Source: Fimbriosthenelais zetlandica (lineage: Eukaryota). From it: a stretch of 64,000 bases of DNA. The notes under the pieces are model-generated. The model had not been told where the DNA came from and made no database searches. It saw nothing but the letters and a program-made list of their open reading frames with translations. Made by a program: the position numbers and the translations under genes. Of the stretch, positions 61,907 to 64,000 are shown piece by piece. Where the stretch lies: assembly GCA_977030845.1 (NCBI GenBank), contig OZ365113.1:13764001-13828000 (forward strand), read 5' to 3'. Within the stretch, counting starts at the first letter, position 1. The number at the start of each line of letters is the position of its first letter.

Positions 61907-62102
61907 TGAAAACGTTTTCAAATCGCAACCGGCAAGAACGTTTTCGAGTTCCCTCCCAAGATTTAAACTTCCCTCCTAATGGAATATGAAAACGTTTTGA
62001 AGTTTCATCCCAGGAATATGAAAAAGTTTTCAAGCACTCCCAGGATTGTGAAAACGTTTTCAGGTTCACTACGTCTACCAAGAAATACATAAACGTTTTC
62101 AA
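61907..62102. repeat. Array of six copies of the palindrome (T)GAAAACGTTTTC(A) with variable spacers
   Basis: Copies at about 61907, 61934, 61987, 62018, 62049, 62090. Confidence 0.85.
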
Positions 62103-63286
62103 GTTCTACCACACCCCACCTCCTTGAACATTGGCTGTATTCAACCCATATGATATATCCACTGAATAACCAACCTAGTGTGGTGGTATATGGAAGCATG
62201 ACTGGCAAGTTTTGACTGGGCCTACGTGCATCTCGTCATTTACTAGTACTAGTAGTAGTCGCCTGCTGCTTATCAACTTGGTGTATTCAAGAAGAGAGCA
62301 AACATGCCTCGCCCAGACCGGCAGGACGCGAAAAGTCATGCCGGTACTTTACTCCAACTACACTTCTCATTAAGCAGCAGTCTCTACCGAGTAGAGAGAG
62401 ATTAGACAAGCCTGTAAGGTATGAGGGTGGCCTTCAAATAATCGTGGCCTCTGAACATAATTATGACATTCCATAATCTGATTTAAAGAGTTTAATTTTT
62501 AAACATATATAGAGTCTAGGACAGATTATTATGGTGGACGGTTATCTTATCTTATGTCATAAAAATCTGAAGTATCAGAATGTGAAGAGCTAGGTCAACT
62601 CCACCAACTGAAAACAATCTCTTCATACTTTCTACAGGCTAATTATTATGATCTCTTATTATGACAGAGGGATCAATAAGCTATGTCAATGTATGAAGTG
62701 ACAGGGATGTTTATATGAGTGATGGGTATAATGGAGGTAATGTTAGAGGACAGTACTTATCGGTAAGGCTGAGGCGGAGGCCAGTCACCGCTTATTAGCC
62801 TCCAGTCAGCTAGACAACTCAATTACATTTGTAAAGGGAGATGTGAAGTCTTTAATTATTCAACGCAAAGGAAGGTCAGGCGCAGGCCACGACAGCAGGA
62901 TAGGTAGTCCTTTAGGGTGTTCAATTCATGATTTTTTTTGTCTAAATGTCGACCTATCTGCTTCTCTGTTCTCTAAAATGTGTGTACACAGTTCTGGAAT
63001 GACGTCTATTAAAATCCATCACTCTAAATCACCTAGACAACCTCAATGATCGACTTAACTTTTATCAATGTTATCAATTTTACTGACAATTTACTTATCT
63101 CTCCAAAGACTGTGTTAACCAAAATGATGAGGCCCTTAGAAATTACCTTTATCCAATTATGGTACCTATAATTTATATTTGACCATTCAAATCTGTCGAA
63201 TACAAATGAATTTATAAGTGTTTATTCTGCCAATGTCTCCTACTTCAGACCTTACTCGCTCCTCCGTGTAACCAGCAACATTGACA

Positions 63287-63532
63287 ATGGAAGAACTGGA
63301 AGAAAATTACTTTCAACACAAAGCTTTTCCGTTCCTTTTGTCTACTCGACAGAATGGGTTGGGCAAAACATCAGACATCCCCAGTAGGCCTGTATATATA
63401 GGGACGATGAAAATCAATAATGATATCATAGAATATCTGTCTTTATACTATGTCAATTTTATACAGGGGACTACAACAAACAACACGGTACACTTCTGTC
63501 GGCCTTGGCCCACAAAGCATCTAGGGAAGACA
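63287..63532 (+). CDS. Candidate 5' coding exons (63287-63383 and 63467-63532 or 63559) of an unidentified gene running out of the window
   Basis: MEELEENYFQHKAFPFLLSTRQNGLGKTSDIP|RDYNKQHGTLLSALAHKASRED; acceptors ctacttcag (63248) and ttttatacag (63466); donors gtaggc and gtatag, phase 1. Confidence 0.35.
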
Positions 63533-63543
63533 GTATAGACGTG

Positions 63544-63718
63544 CAGGGCTTGGTCCAGGGTGTGTGTTGGGGGGAAGGGGGGGGGGGGGGGTGTGTCCGG
63601 GCGGTTAGCCGCCACCCCTCCCACACTATAGACACGCACTTTGGAGATGTTTCTTTCTCAAAAAAATAACTTTTTAGGGCAACTAGTCTTTTCAAAATAG
63701 ACCCTAGATCCGCCCCTG
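63544..63718. mobile_element. Degenerate MITE of the same GATCCGCCCCTG family
   Basis: Right end ccctagatccgcccctg; degenerate left end cagggcttggtccagg followed by a G-run. Confidence 0.45.
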
Positions 63719-63759
63719 ACGCGTGTGCCCGGGTCTTGCAACTAGCTTATTATGATCTG

Positions 63760-63830
63760 CCGTATTTGCCGGAGTATAAGTAGATTTAAAAAAATCGCGG
63801 CCTGCGGTTAATACAACGAAGCGATTTTTA
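63760..63830 (+). mobile_element. Truncated relative of the 21239 MITE
   Basis: ccgtatttgccggagtataa...aaaatcgcggcctgcggttaatacaac resembles 21239-21315. Confidence 0.55.
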
Positions 63831-64000
63831 CAGCATTTGGGCATAATATGGCTTTCTATAGGCCTACAGCGCCATGGATAATAGTAGAACTACTATTATC
63901 TGTGGGTAGGCCTACCGGTATTACGGGCAGGCTTCGTTTCTGAGAGGTATCTTAAAATAAAAATGTTATGGTGGAAAACTAGAAATGTTCAAATAGTACT

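Noticed and set aside
62213-62215. Selenocysteine reading of the in-frame TGA
   Set aside because: Position in a putative cytosolic tail with no redox motif, and no SECIS identifiable in the window

Overview
AT-rich metazoan (invertebrate-like) genomic DNA with GT-AG introns; the species cannot be identified from sequence alone. Two genes are well supported and convergent. (1) A + strand PLEKHG4/puratrophin-1-like RhoGEF (Sec14-like, spectrin-like repeats, DH, PH). I assembled it by hand into 20 phase-compatible coding exons from 10494 to 35430 (4359 nt, 1452 aa), ending in the PDZ-type tail STDV*. (2) A - strand fatty acid 2-hydroxylase (FA2H), 6 exons visible from 58794 to 56449, with no cytochrome b5 exon found in the window. 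Most of the gap between their 3' ends (about 37.6-52.2 kb) is taken up by an unusual block. It has two ~2.1-kb foldback elements in inverted orientation, each itself a palindrome with ~750-bp arms and each with a tRNA-derived Pol III-like head at its outer tip. They enclose a ~10-kb spacer holding inward-pointing spliced ORF relics, a TGACAG-rich hairpin cluster and a strand-skewed decayed repeat. Other content: TA-target MITEs, a higher-order intronic minisatellite, candidate microexons, a uORF overlapping the RhoGEF start codon, a possible third gene at 62-63.6 kb, and a window-wide excess of TAGGCCTA, which in alignable repeats appears as a 6-bp insertion at TA. All coordinates and counts were made by eye and may be off by a few bases. 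No database search was run.
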